In this document: positions 42,444 through 55,150 of the stretch, in pieces
Numbering within the stretch: position 1 is the first letter of the stretch
Layout: each line of letters opens with the position of its first letter
Assembly: GCF_009914755.1 (NCBI RefSeq)
Contig: NC_060937.1
Source of the DNA: the human T2T-CHM13v2.0 reference genome, Homo sapiens
Reading direction: 5' to 3' (one strand)
Length of the DNA: 64,000 nt
Notes under the pieces: model-generated
The model's input: only the letters and a program-made list of their open reading frames with translations
Told to the model about the DNA's origin: nothing
Database searches by the model: none
Translations under genes and position numbers: made by a program

Positions 42444-43229
42444 TATAATTTATTTTTTAAAATAATTGTCACTATTTCCCACCTCTAGCTGTATCAATGG
42501 TGAAAAACAGAGCTATGGCTGTAAAAACTTTGTGCCCATAACATGGAAATAAACTATAATACTACATGCGTCTTAGTTGGAGACGTCATTCAAATAACAT
42601 ACTTTGGAAACGATATAGAAACTTAGAAATCAGCTACTATATTCTCTCAATCAAGAATAAGAAAACTGAAGTTCAGAGAAGTAAATATCTCAGCCAAGGC
42701 AGTACAGTGTGCTTGTAGCAGCTCCAGGACTAATGCTGAGCAGTTCCTTTTTCCCTCCTTAAGATTATGGCTTCATACAATATAGCAAAACTGAAAAACA
42801 CACAGATTTGTTCTTTAAAAGGAAACACCTGTGGGTCAAGGCCAGCCCCTATGTAAACCTCAGGAAATACACACAATAAAAAAATACATTTGTATGCTGC
42901 TTGTGAATTATAAAATTAATGGCTAGATTGACAATTATTGAAAGTCTTTGTCTTTATCTGAGGGAGAAATTATCAGAATATAAACCATGAAACTAAATGG
43001 TCTGAGTTAACTGGATTGACATTAAAATCAGCTATAAAAGAATCCACTATTTAAATATGCCAACAACTTAAAACACTGTTTCCAAAAGTGTTCATTCTAT
43101 GCATTATATATATATATATAGATTTTTCTAAAACTTGTGAAAATCTAAGGATTATGTCTTAATTAATATCTTGTTCTTCCATTAAATTGATTATTTAATT
43201 AAGTATGGAGGGGTCAAGCATCATGGGCA

Positions 43230-43244
43230 CCATTAGATGGCAGC
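43230..43244 (+). promoter_or_regulatory. Candidate CTCF motif
   Basis: CCATTAGATGGCAGC, one mismatch from CCACTAGATGGCAGC; motif only. Confidence 0.4.
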
Positions 43245-43620
43245 ATTACACAAAACTGTTGTTTGCATTTTGTACAAAATCATGTTTTAAGTTGCCAAAA
43301 AAGTTAGTTTACAATCTAATGTACATACTCTACAGATTTCTTTAATAGTAAGTTTTTAAATTTATAAAAAGGCAAGTTGGAGATTCTGGTACAAGAGAAT
43401 GAGACAAAACTTAGAGAGAAGGAAAATAGAAAAGATGGGAAAGAGACATAAGAACATGTAAACCAATGACAGGTAAAAGATTATCTCAGGAAGACAAATA
43501 GGACTTCTGTCTATCATGCTGACTCCATTACTATCTGATGGCATACAGGATATTGCAAAATTCTGTAACTGTTTTGATCAAAATTATTTTGTTAAAGAAG
43601 TACTAAAAGTAAAGTCTTCA

Positions 43621-43965
<345 letters not shown>

Positions 43966-45990
43966 CTACATTCTATCAATCAATAAATGAGTAGAGATTG
44001 ACAATTTTGAGTTCCTAGGAGTTGGGTATTTACTTAAGTATAATTTTATATGATAGTGATTTAGAATGAAAAAATACTTTTTTGAAGAAAAGACTTCAGT
44101 TTAATAAATCTCTTTTAGTAATAACCCAATTCCTTTTTGGAGACAGGTGTTATCTTACACATTTGAATATAGTATATGGAATGTAATTTGCTCTAAAGAT
44201 TTGACTTGCCTAGTAGACATCCTATGTGATAGGTGTTAACAGGAAGAAAAATGCGAGAGTAACTCCAAACATTTTACATCCAAAAATTATGCATAAGGTA
44301 CAATAAAGTGTAATAGACCTATGCCTAGGTAGTATTCTTTGCTGATATAGAAATACTGTATTTCTAGGTAGGAATGTAGAAGGTAGCAAGACTGAAAGGC
44401 TCTGCTCCTTTTATCTTTTCATTGGTCAATAGTGGATTTAAGTTTTGAAGGGCAAAATGTGATTACTCCATTTTAACAATTTTCACTCCTCCACTCCTTC
44501 CTTTGTATGACCAGCCTCTGACATAATGAGAGAAAAAAAAGCCTATTGGGACCAGCTTAATTCTATGACATATTTTAACTAGGCAAGATCCTCATTAATG
44601 CCAGGGACTTTTCGGAGTCCCAGTCATATCCCCTTACGGAGATAGTTTATCCATAGTGTGTAGATCTGCAATAGTATAGGATTTACTGCCAAGTTCTTTC
44701 TCCAATTCATTCCCTACAGTAGAGGTCTACTCTGATTGGTCGAGTAGTTTAATCCCTATCCATATACCTTGTTATATTAGGAGTATTTGCTATTGTCTGT
44801 GTATGTGGAGATTTTTGAAGCTAAAATTTTTCCCCACCCTTCCAGAAGAAGCACAGTGAAGAGCTGCCCCTGTATTCAGGGTGCCTGATTCTTTCATGCT
44901 CCGGGGCATATTGTTATCACCAGCTGCAGTCAGGGGAAAGAAAAAATCTCCGTCCCTCTTATGTAATATAGTACAATTAGGCACATAATGTAGATTTTAT
45001 GCTTTTCTCTGAAACATCTGGCATGTACTGCTTACCAAAACCAAAGCTTGGAGAGCCAGACCTCCTGTAGCATTTTAATATCAATGTGTCTTTTGACATA
45101 GTAGTTATCTAATGTTTGTGCCAGTTTTTGAAAACATCACATCTTAAATATCACCTCTTGAATGAGTGTAAATTCAAAATGCCTGCCAGGGGGTTATGTG
45201 TTTGTGGGAGGAACTAATATCTACCCTAATCTAAATACCAAATGAATTTTAGATTGTCATTCTAACCCAACATTAGCATTGGCCCTTGGGAAAATCATTG
45301 TTTATGTATTCTTTTCAGATACTCAGAATTAAGAGTCAATCTATTTAAACCTTGTTGCTAATATTACATCTATATTTCTGACATACTAGGAAAATGTGTA
45401 CAGGGTTTTTACATTTGTCTACAGACAAAAAGTTACCAATAAAAAATTTTAACAAATTATCTTCAAATTTTCTAGAAAAAAAGATCAAGTCACTTGGTGG
45501 AAAAGATAAAATATCCTGAGATCCTTGTGAACAAAAACGTCTCTCACTGAGATCCATGATCTTCTTGTGGCAGGGCAATAGGGGTTAAAGTACCATTTCT
45601 AGCAAAACGTACTGCTCTAGCTTGTCAAGCCACCTTCAAAACATTCTGTGTTCCCATAAAATCCACATTGGAATAAATAAAACTTAAAAAAGAAACACAA
45701 GTGACATAAAAGTAAAACAAAGAATAAAATGAGGAAGAAAAAATTTATGTGGTTCATATATTCAGAGATTTTAGCAACATAATAAAATGTTGATAAAACA
45801 TTTACACCTGTAGCTGCAAAATGGTTTGTATTCATTTACAAACCATTATTATTTGGCATTAGTCAGGATTCCATTAATTATGTTGAAATTTTAAAAGTAA
45901 ATTATGGAACTGTTAGAACTACAGACAATGTGAGTGGACTCTAACATATTACAACATTAAAATGAAAAGTGTCATAAGTTACATAGACAA

Positions 45991-46305
45991 TTTTTTTTTT
46001 TTTTTTTTTTTTTTTTTAGAGGCAGGGTTCTGTTCTGTCACCCAGGCTGGAGTGCAGTGGCACAATCATGGCTCACTGTGGCCTTGAACACCTGGACTCA
46101 AGGGATCCTCCCACCTAGCCTCAGGAGTAGCTAGGACTACAGGTGCAAGCCACCATGCCCAGCTAAAATTTGTATTTTTATTTTTTGTAGAGACAAGGTC
46201 TCGCCATGTTGCCCAGGCTGGTCTTGAACTTCTGGGCTCCAGTCATCCTCCTCCCTCGACCTCCCAAAGTGCTGGGAGTATAGGCATGCATCACCCTACC
46301 CAGCT
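45991..46305 (-). mobile_element. AluJ
   Basis: Poly(T) followed by J-type CAATCATGGCTCACTG, CTCAAGGGATCCTCCCACC and GTTGCCCAGGCTGGTC. Confidence 0.9.
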
Positions 46306-47193
46306 AATAACTGTTCATTCCAGATAGTCACCTTAAGGTTTATTAATAAGTTTAACAAGGAGATTATCTGGATACTTATTTTACTTTGGAGTGTTGAGTT
46401 GACTCTGAACAGTACACAGTGCCTTGGTGCCATTTTGCTAGAGGTTTTGCAGAGACCTTAGGACGTTGTTCTTGAACTCTTAGGGCCTAGTTTTCTCAAT
46501 TAAAAGAGTTGGTTACTGCAAATGGTTTCTAAGGTAGTTTTCAGATCTAAAATATTGAGTTCATGGATTTCAATATAATACTCTACAGCTCTCTACAACT
46601 GCGTGGTGAGTGCCTTGTTGTAAGAATGTTAAGTGAGTTATTTCTACATTTCGGTATTTTTATATTATAATGATTCTTAATAAGTATAAATTATCAGTGG
46701 CCACAACACTTACTATAAAACATGTTCAAAACAGATGGTAGTGCTGGATGTCTCTAAGTAAAAGAACAGATGGAGCAGGAGTTTAACCCTGGAAGCTTTG
46801 AAGGGTTTGAATGACAGAACTTATTTTTTACTCTAATTTAGGGAGAATTTGGTGTGAGGATGTGGTATACTATTTCAGCTATATGAAACAGTATACATAG
46901 ACAGGAAAATACTTGAGTTCCAGCAATATGGCAGACTGACGCAATGTGAGCCACTTTCCACTAAAACTTGTGAAATGCTATATAAAATATAACAATATTG
47001 CTTTAGTAAAAATCTAAAGATGAGTTAGAAGGAGAATGTCTAGTTGCAGAGTCAAGGAGGTTAACCATAGGCAGAATGTAAGTGTATGAATTAGGGCTCT
47101 GGTTCTTGGGATATTGATAATCAAATATACATCCAACAGGGAAGCCATGCCATGAGGCCCAAGACATAAAGTTAGGCCTGGAAGGGTTGCCCC

Positions 47194-47251
47194 TTTTTTC
47201 TTTTCTTTTCTTTTCTTTTCTTTTTCTTTTCTTTTCTTTTCTTTTCTTTTC

Positions 47252-47282
<31 letters not shown>

Positions 47283-47437
47283 CTTTCCTTTCTTTCCTTT
47301 CCTTTTCCTTCCTTCCTTCCTTCCTTCCTTCCTTCCTTCCTTCCTTCCTTCCTCCCGCCCTCCCTCCCTCCCTTCCTCCCGCCCTCCCTCCCTCCCTTCC
47401 TTTCTTTCTTTCTTTCTTTTTTTTTTTGTTTTTTTTT
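47194..47437. repeat. Compound microsatellite (TTTTC)n-(TTCC)n-(TCCC)n-(TTTC)n derived from an Alu tail
   Basis: About 245 bp of near-pure pyrimidine, abutting an Alu right arm. Confidence 0.95.
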
Positions 47438-47514
47438 GAGATGGAGTTTCGCTCTTTGTTGCCCAGGCTGGAGTGCAATGGCGCGATCTCGGCTCACCGC
47501 AATCTCCGCCTCCC
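47438..47514 (-). mobile_element. Severely 5'-truncated AluSp-like right-arm fragment
   Basis: GAGATGGAGTTTCGCTCT...CAATGGCGCGATCTCGGCTCACCGCAA; TSD AGGGTTGCCCC at 47183-47193 and 47515-47525. Confidence 0.9.
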
Positions 47515-49030
47515 AGGGTTGCCCCGTTCTTAAAGAACAGTTCTGGGAAAAGTTAAGAAAGCTTTTCTATAGGCAAATAAATAAACCTCTCAGGAGAAAT
47601 CAAAACCTCTACTCTGAAGTCCAAATTTTTACATCCATGTTGTATATGATTCCTGAGCAGAGAAACTAATGGAATATCTGAAACCAGCAAAGTCTCTGGG
47701 GCATTCTGCAAAAGCAAATATAGAGAGTCTTCCATAAGAAGAGGGTACAAAACACCCCCTCAGGGGAGACAATCATATAATACAACAACAATAATAAAAT
47801 ACCAACTTAAGATGAGCTCACAATAAAAATTATAAACTACATAAGGGAAAGTCAGCAGAAACAAAAATAACTGCCTCGTACTAAGGCAATCAAATGGTTA
47901 GTATAAAATATGTAAGTGTCAACAATATTTAAGTCAAGGGAGCGAAAATGATATTGATTTTTTTTGATTATCATTTTTTAATTTATACTTTTCTCTAGTC
48001 TCTTGAATGTTTCACCAATAACTGGCATTTATTTTATAACAAGAAAAATGTTACAAAGGTTTCTGTTTTGCAGCATTCAACATACTGATTCTTGGGGAAA
48101 GTTTCAGGTTGCTCTCAGGTCAGTGGTAACACAAATATATAAAGTTCCTATTGAATTCCATGTTTGTTTGAAATGCTGTGAGAAATCCTAATATACTGGT
48201 TCATAACAAAATTTTATTTTTATCTTCAAATAAACGTTTCACTGCTTTTTTTTTTAAAAAAAAATCAGTGTTCTGGAAAAGCATCAGCAATCATGGAAAT
48301 AATTACTTTCTCACTCAATACTGCATCCCAAAGACTTCTACACTTAGTCTCTGATGGCAATATGAAACATGCAGCAGTCTCAATTATCAGATGGTATCTT
48401 TATTAGTGCATTATCTTAATCTGATGATTAGGATATATGGTGATCCATTAGTATCAGAGTTTGCAGACATAAGGTAAGTAAATTGCATTCAAAAGCGAAG
48501 GGTTTTGAGCTATAAGTAATCGCATCTCTCCCCTGTATGTCTTCAGGAGTACAAATAACCTTTCTTTTTCTTAAAAAAAAAAAAAAAAAAAAAAAAAACC
48601 AGCTTGGGGCCCAGAGTAGGGGCACACACAGCTCTCAGAGAAAGGAGGGGGCAGGGCTAACAAAAGGCTGCCTTCAAAGGTGGTTGAGACCCAGGGGGAT
48701 TTTCATCACAGGTTTTTGGCATTGGAAGGTCTTTGAAGATTTTTGGATTTTTGCTTAACATGTGGTCTCTGAGCCTGCTGTTCTCTCTGCTGATCTGAAG
48801 CCACATAGCCCAGCATGACTCCTATATGCTTGGTTTTCTGGAGGTAAGGCCCCAAGAACCTCTCCTGTTTTTCATCCAATGATTACTTTTCTTATGGGAG
48901 GGTTGCAATTTCCCTCCCCCTCTTCCCCACCCACTACTAACTGGCATCCCAGGCTTTGAGCATCCTTATCTGTCCCTCGATTGTATCAGACAGGGAAAGC
49001 CGGAAAGGAAAAGTAGTAGGGTAGAAAGTA

Positions 49031-49046
49031 GCCACTAGATGGCAGA
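49031..49046 (+). promoter_or_regulatory. Candidate CTCF motif
   Basis: GCCACTAGATGGCAGA matches the CTCF core CCASYAGRKGGCRS; in apparently unique sequence; motif only. Confidence 0.55.
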
Positions 49047-49815
49047 ATTGATTAAGCAGAATAGTATGTTAAGGCTGTGCATTCCAGCTACAAACAGGAT
49101 GGGAAGAGACGGCTCTAAGAGCTGGTGCCTCCACATTTACCCCAGTACTGTTCCTCACCCGCCCACAGGTGGTCTGGCTGATCCTGGCACACTGTCTTTA
49201 CATTCCACAAGGAAGTGGTGCTTTAGGGAGTGACCTCAGAGTCTGCCAATTAGCATGTAAAACTCTTGTGACGTTGCCCCTGGAGGTTAGAGATGCCTCT
49301 GAAGGTTCTCTAGTTCAGGAAGTGGTGACCTCCCGAGCAGCATATGTCCACCCACCCAGAAAGCCAAACACCTACTCTTTAATGTCCCAAGCAGAATACT
49401 GGCATCATCTCTTTATCTTAAAATTTTAAGTTCTGTATATATTATCTACAAATTCTATATTCTATTTTGGCACACCAGCCTAACCCAAGCAACAGAAAGT
49501 GGACAGATTATCCATTCAGTTTGCAGCTCGAGTTTACAATGGCAAATTATTCATTGCATTATCAGCGACCATTAGCTTTACAGAGTACCACAAGATTGAG
49601 ACAAATATGAAAAAATATGAAGAACTCAGCATTCAAATATACCTTAAGTTTTGTTCAGCTGTAATTTGAACTCATCTAACATCTGCCCACTGTATTGGCT
49701 TGCTTCATGCAGCAATCCTATTTATCAGCAGTTTTGTGCTAGTTAAAAGAAACACAGAGTATAGTTCAGGGCCTGAAGTTTAGACCAATGTCTGTCTGTT
49801 TACTGTCTACTTTTA

Positions 49816-50139
49816 AAAGAATACTCTGAGGCATTGTACTCCGTCAGGCTAGAGTATAATGGCATGATCACAGCTCGCTGTAGCCTCAACCTCACAGGCT
49901 CAAGCTATCCTCCCAGCTCAGCCTCTGGAGTAACTGGGACTACAGACACCCATCACCATGACCAGCCAATTTTTTCTATTTTATTTTATTTTATTTTATT
50001 TATTATTATTATTTTTTTTTTAGAGATGGGGGTCTCACTTTGTTTCCCAGGCACATCTGGGACTCCTTGTGTCCAGCAATCCTCCCGCCTTGACCTCCGA
50101 ATGTGTTGAGATCACAGGTGTGAGCCACCGCACCTGGCC
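49816..50139 (-). mobile_element. Diverged AluJ
   Basis: Two decayed arms ending GTGAGCCACCGCACCTGGCC; TSD-like TACTGTCT(A/G)CTTTTA at 49801 and 50143. Confidence 0.85.
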
Positions 50140-50884
50140 AAGTACTGTCTGCTTTTACAGGCAGCCTTTGTGTGAACAGCCCTGGGATTCCAAGTGATGT
50201 TGAAACCCTAATAAAAAGTGACAGAATGCTTACTTTGTCAAGAATGTGCCTACATTATCTCACTTTTTTGTTTGTCAAACTTTGGACCCAGATCCTATTA
50301 GCAGCTTCATTTTTTTTGGTAAGGAAATGGAAGCATAGGGCAGTTAAGAAGTCTGCAAAAATCCCCCAGCTAGCAATGATAAAGCAGATCTGGACAACAG
50401 AATAATTCAGGACAATTTCAATCTTTCTCTGGAAGTTGTTTTTTGTTGTTGTTGTTGAATTTGAATGTTCTAAACATTACATCTCTATTTAATGGTTGCA
50501 TATAGGGTCAATTTTATATTTTCCCTAATTTGTAAATAGTCACAGAACCTATCATGTTCTGAATAATGGCTCGTATAAAATATGGACTCTTCATTAATTT
50601 AATTAATTGTGACCTAGAGCATAGAGCTTATCTTTTCCAGACAAAATGATGGGGTTAGAGTGTTATAGGAAAATGAAACTCTTGTGAGTGGTTATGTGAA
50701 TCAGCCTAATGATAGCCAATTGTCTTTTACTTCTTCAGTTATGTAAATTATTGGTATTATAATTTCTGTATGTGCTGATGGGATATGTTACTGAGTGATA
50801 ACTGCATCATAGCTCTTACCTGTCTCCTATAACCACAACCCAGTAGCTGAAGAGGAATCAAGAACCACTGTTCTTGCTCTCTTT

Positions 50885-51100
50885 TTTTACCATTTTAATT
50901 TGGAATAATTTTAGATTAAGAGAAAAGTTGCAAAGATAGTACGAGAGTTCTCATTAACACTCCATTCAGCTTCTTCTCATGTCAACATGGTACATTTGTC
51001 AAAACTAAGAAATTAACTTTGGTAAAATACTATTAACTAAATTGCAGCATTTATTCAGATTTCACTAGTGTTCTCTCTCTGTTCCAGGACACAATGGTGC
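50885..51100 (-). mobile_element. Old L1 (L1MC-like) 3'UTR fragment
   Basis: AATAATTTTAGATT...GAAAAGTTGCAAAGATAGTAC...CATGGTACATTTGTCAAAACTAAGAAATTAAC. Confidence 0.75.
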
Positions 51101-52640
51101 ATGCCCTGCCCTTCCCTTTTTTATCTAATTAGTGCTGAAATGTGAGAGTATATCAGCCCCTCGATCTTTTGCTGCCTGTGTGCTTTAAAGCCCAGAGATC
51201 TAATGCAAATCTCATGAGTGCTGGGCCTAGTGGGAACCCTGCTTGTGCTGCTAGGCCAGGGACCTTTGGACGAGTGTTAGTGCCTTAGGCTCATTTCCAA
51301 CTTTTCTGAGGTACCTCACTGAGCTACTACAAAAAGATACCTTTTCATCCCTTCTGTTAAAAAATAAAACAAAACAAAAATACTCCAAGCAGTACTTTGC
51401 TATTGAGGACAAGATACAAATGGATTTTAAAGGCATCTTTTATGACACTATTCCTTTTCATTATTTCTTGGTTTATCCACTAAGCGAGTCACTGCTTCTT
51501 TGGGAAGACTCATACCATCAAGTGTTTTTGATACATAAAATCCAGATTGCCTGCTTTGGCCATCTTATTTTGTTTCCTCACTAGTTTTTCAGCATCATAA
51601 GTCATTGAGTATCAACACAACAAAAACTGTTGCAATTCTCTATTGATCATACAAAATAATTGTTAGCGCTTCTGGAAAAAGAATTTTAATATAAGTGTAT
51701 AAAAGGGATCTTAACACAAAATCACTTTTAATTTCCTACGTAACAAGAGAGATCTTTACAGGCTGACAATGACTTATAAACAACACTCAAGACAGTCACT
51801 TGGGTGATATGAAGAAGTTACATTTATTATTATTATAATTTTGGTCTAAATAATGAGGCTTCCTATACATGACTGAAAAATAACTTTCTGGTTTCTCAGC
51901 TGTCAGCTGTGTGCTCAGGTTATGCCCGTGACAGTCACACAGATAGGAAGCTTATATTAAAACCAGAATCAAAGGTAGCAGGAGTGGGAATCAGCCTACA
52001 TTAACGAACCATTGAAGCCTCTCTCTGGCATGCATGAACACTAAATCACTGGTTAGATCTCTGGTGATTTCTCACTTGAGAGATGTGAAGAAAATGGCAC
52101 ATTCAGGGTAACAGCAAAGCCGTAGCAACTTGTCAAAATAGTATCTAACATACAGGCTTAAAATTATTCTTAAAATGATCTTGATAGAGCTACTGGAAAT
52201 ATTCCCACCAGGTATTTTATTCAGCAGTGACCCTTGAAGAAGCAAGTCAGTGAATGTGGAAGCATCGGGATTCATCTGATAGACTTTGTCTGGGATCGTC
52301 AACCACTTTGGTCATAGTTAACATAGTTTACATAATGAAGGGTTCTTTTACGGCTCAAGATAGAGATGAGAACTAAGTGACACAAAATTATGAGTCTTTT
52401 CTTAAATTGACTAGGTAATTACATTGACTATTCTCTCTTTTGAATAGCTGCACTGCAGTCAAACCATCTATGACATTATTATTCAATAAATTAGACAGTA
52501 CTGAGTGTTAGGCTAATTTCTGGCACAAATTAAAATACTGGTAACAGATCCTGATGCTGATTATTCCCTCTTATAATTAGAGTTTACATGATAGAAATAA
52601 AAATTTGATTTTTTTGTCCTTTGTAAGGGAGTTATACCTT

Positions 52641-52949
<309 letters not shown>

Positions 52950-53179
52950 TATACCTTAATTGAGAGTACCTTACTTTCAGTTAAGGTATAGGCTGGGTAC
53001 GGTGGCTTACGCTTATAATCTTCTTTCATTTTGAAGATGCATAAATTGAGCGTCTCTTCTCTATTTGTTTAGCTAGATGCATTGTTGTTTGCAATTTAAT
53101 TTGCATGTGTTCATGGGGACATTCTATGTGTTAGGTAGTATGGGAGTTTGAGATTAATGAAACTCACAGTCCTTAGAGG

Positions 53180-53476
53180 TTTTTTTTTTTTTTTTTTTTT
53201 TTTGAGACTGAATCTTGCTTTGTTGCCCAGACTGGAGTGCAGTGGCACAATCTCCACTCACTGCCACCTCCGCCTCCCGGGTTCAAGCAATTCTCCTGCC
53301 TCTCCTTCTCCCAAGTAGCCAAGTAGCTAGGATTACAGGTGTGTGCCACCACACCCAGCTAATTTTTGTATTTTTAGTAGATACTGGGTTTCACCATGTT
53401 GGCCAGGCTGGTCTCGAACTCCTGACCTCATGATCCACCTGCCTTGGCCTCCCAAAGTGCTGGGGTTACAGGTGTG
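53180..53476 (-). mobile_element. AluS (Sg/Sc-like), slightly 5'-truncated
   Basis: Poly(T), two arms, CTGACCTCATGATCC (2-bp deletion type); homology stops at ACAGGTGTG. Confidence 0.9.
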
Positions 53477-54256
53477 GGAGTTGAAGGAAGAAGGAAGTGG
53501 ATAAGTGGGAGGAAAACTAAAGAAAACAGAGCAGAATAAAAAAATATATATAATGTCAGTTTTTATTCTGCTAAAATATAATCTAGATTATGTAGTTTGT
53601 GTTTCCATATTCAACAGCAGTGTTTCTGAATCATAGAAGTCTCATGTTTAGAAGAGTAAAACATTTTATTAAGATTTGGATTAGATGATAACTAACTTTG
53701 CTACCAGCTGTGTGATTCCAGTGTCAGATCTTAACAAAGGTAGAGAGTTTTTCTTACTTTTCATCTGATAATTATAAAATTAAAATAAATATCAAAATGT
53801 TTCCAGATATGTCAGAAAGCTGAAGGGTTTCATGAGCCTAGATGGTTTCTGTTATCCGCAAAAATAGATTTTTAATTAATCCATGGCCCAAGATGTTGGT
53901 TTAGTTGTGTTCTCCTTCATTTTAGTTCAGAATCTGGAGAGGATACAAAATTCAATAGATTTTTCTTTTCACCCCCCCCCGGCATAGGAACTACAGAGTA
54001 AGGATAGCTCTGCAGGTATATGTAAAAGCTAATTCTATGAGGAGCCAAAGACAGGGTTTCAGAAAGTCCAGTTTAAGACACGAGAGAGAGATGAACGATG
54101 TGCCTCCAGAAGTATGCATAGTCCACAGAACAAATTATGTAGATCAGTTGAACTGGTGAGGAGATAAACACTTTTGGCTAGTTAAGACTTCATGGAAGAC
54201 GTGGGATCTCCATAAGACTTGGAAGAACAAGTTGCTTTTAGAAAGTGTGGGAGAAG

Positions 54257-54528
54257 GTCCAGGTGCTGTGGCTCATGCCTATAATCCCAGCACTTTGGCA
54301 GGCCGAGGCAGGAGGATCACTTGAAATCAGGAGTTAGAGATCAGCCTGGCTAACATGGTGAAACCCCATCTCTACTAAAAATACAAAAATTAGCTGGGCG
54401 TGGTGGTGCGTGCCTGTAGCCCCAGCTACTTGAGAGGTGGAGGCTGCAGTGAGCTGAGATCGCACCACTGCACTCCAGCCTGGGTAACAGAGCAAGACCC
54501 TCTTTCAAAAAAAGAAAAGAAAAGTGAA
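54257..54528 (+). mobile_element. Alu (Jb/Sz-like) with an internal deletion of about 30 bp in the right arm
   Basis: CAGCTACTTGAGAGG joins directly to TGGAGGCTGCAGTGAG; TSD AAAGTGTG(G/A)GAGAAG at 54242 and 54529. Confidence 0.9.
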
Positions 54529-54544
54529 AAAGTGTGAGAGAAGA

Positions 54545-55150
54545 AGCAAAGTACATATAAAAGGAAATATGATGAGAATAAAATTCCAGTTACACAACTG
54601 TAAGATGTTTCTGGGAAATAACAGTAGACCTATTTCATATGGATACACAGGGAGATAAAATTACAAAAATGAGGACAGATCTTTGATGCTGTGCTAAAGA
54701 ATTTAGACTTGGTCTTGAAAGCAACAGGAAGATACCCTCAGGCCCTGAGCATAGGGATGACATGATTGAAGTACTATTTTAGAAGGTTTACCTAGGAATA
54801 AACATGAAGAGGTTGATATAGGGAGTTATTGGAGGCAGAATGACCAACTGAAAAGTTTTTTACAGCAGTCCAACTGTGTAACTAAAGGGCCTAAAATAGA
54901 GTAGGGAAAGTGGAAATATACGGAAAGAATAAAATGTGAAAGACAATTCAAAGCTGAAATTGGCAGGACAGGACTTCATGCCTAATTGGATTCAGATAAC
55001 CAGGTAGGGAAGAGGTGAAAATGTATGAATGTTCTGAGTCTCTAAGACTGTGATAATAATGATAAAATTAGTCCAAACTGAGAGCAGGGATTGAGTCCCT
55101 AAGACTATGATAATAGTGATAAAATTAGTCCAAACTGAGAGAAGGGATAC
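54545..55150 (-). mobile_element. L2 LINE fragment (probably continues left of the Alu)
   Basis: GCTAAAGAATTTAGACTT...GCAACAGGAAG...GATGACATGATT...TATTTTAGAAGG, typical of antisense L2. Confidence 0.65.
55035..55148. repeat. 57-bp tandem duplication, 2 copies, 4 mismatches
   Basis: Copies at 55035-55091 and 55092-55148. Confidence 0.95.

Noticed and set aside
47003-47669. 154-164 aa K/E/R-rich and F/S/L-rich ORFs
   Set aside because: They are translations of the microsatellite and the Alu stub.
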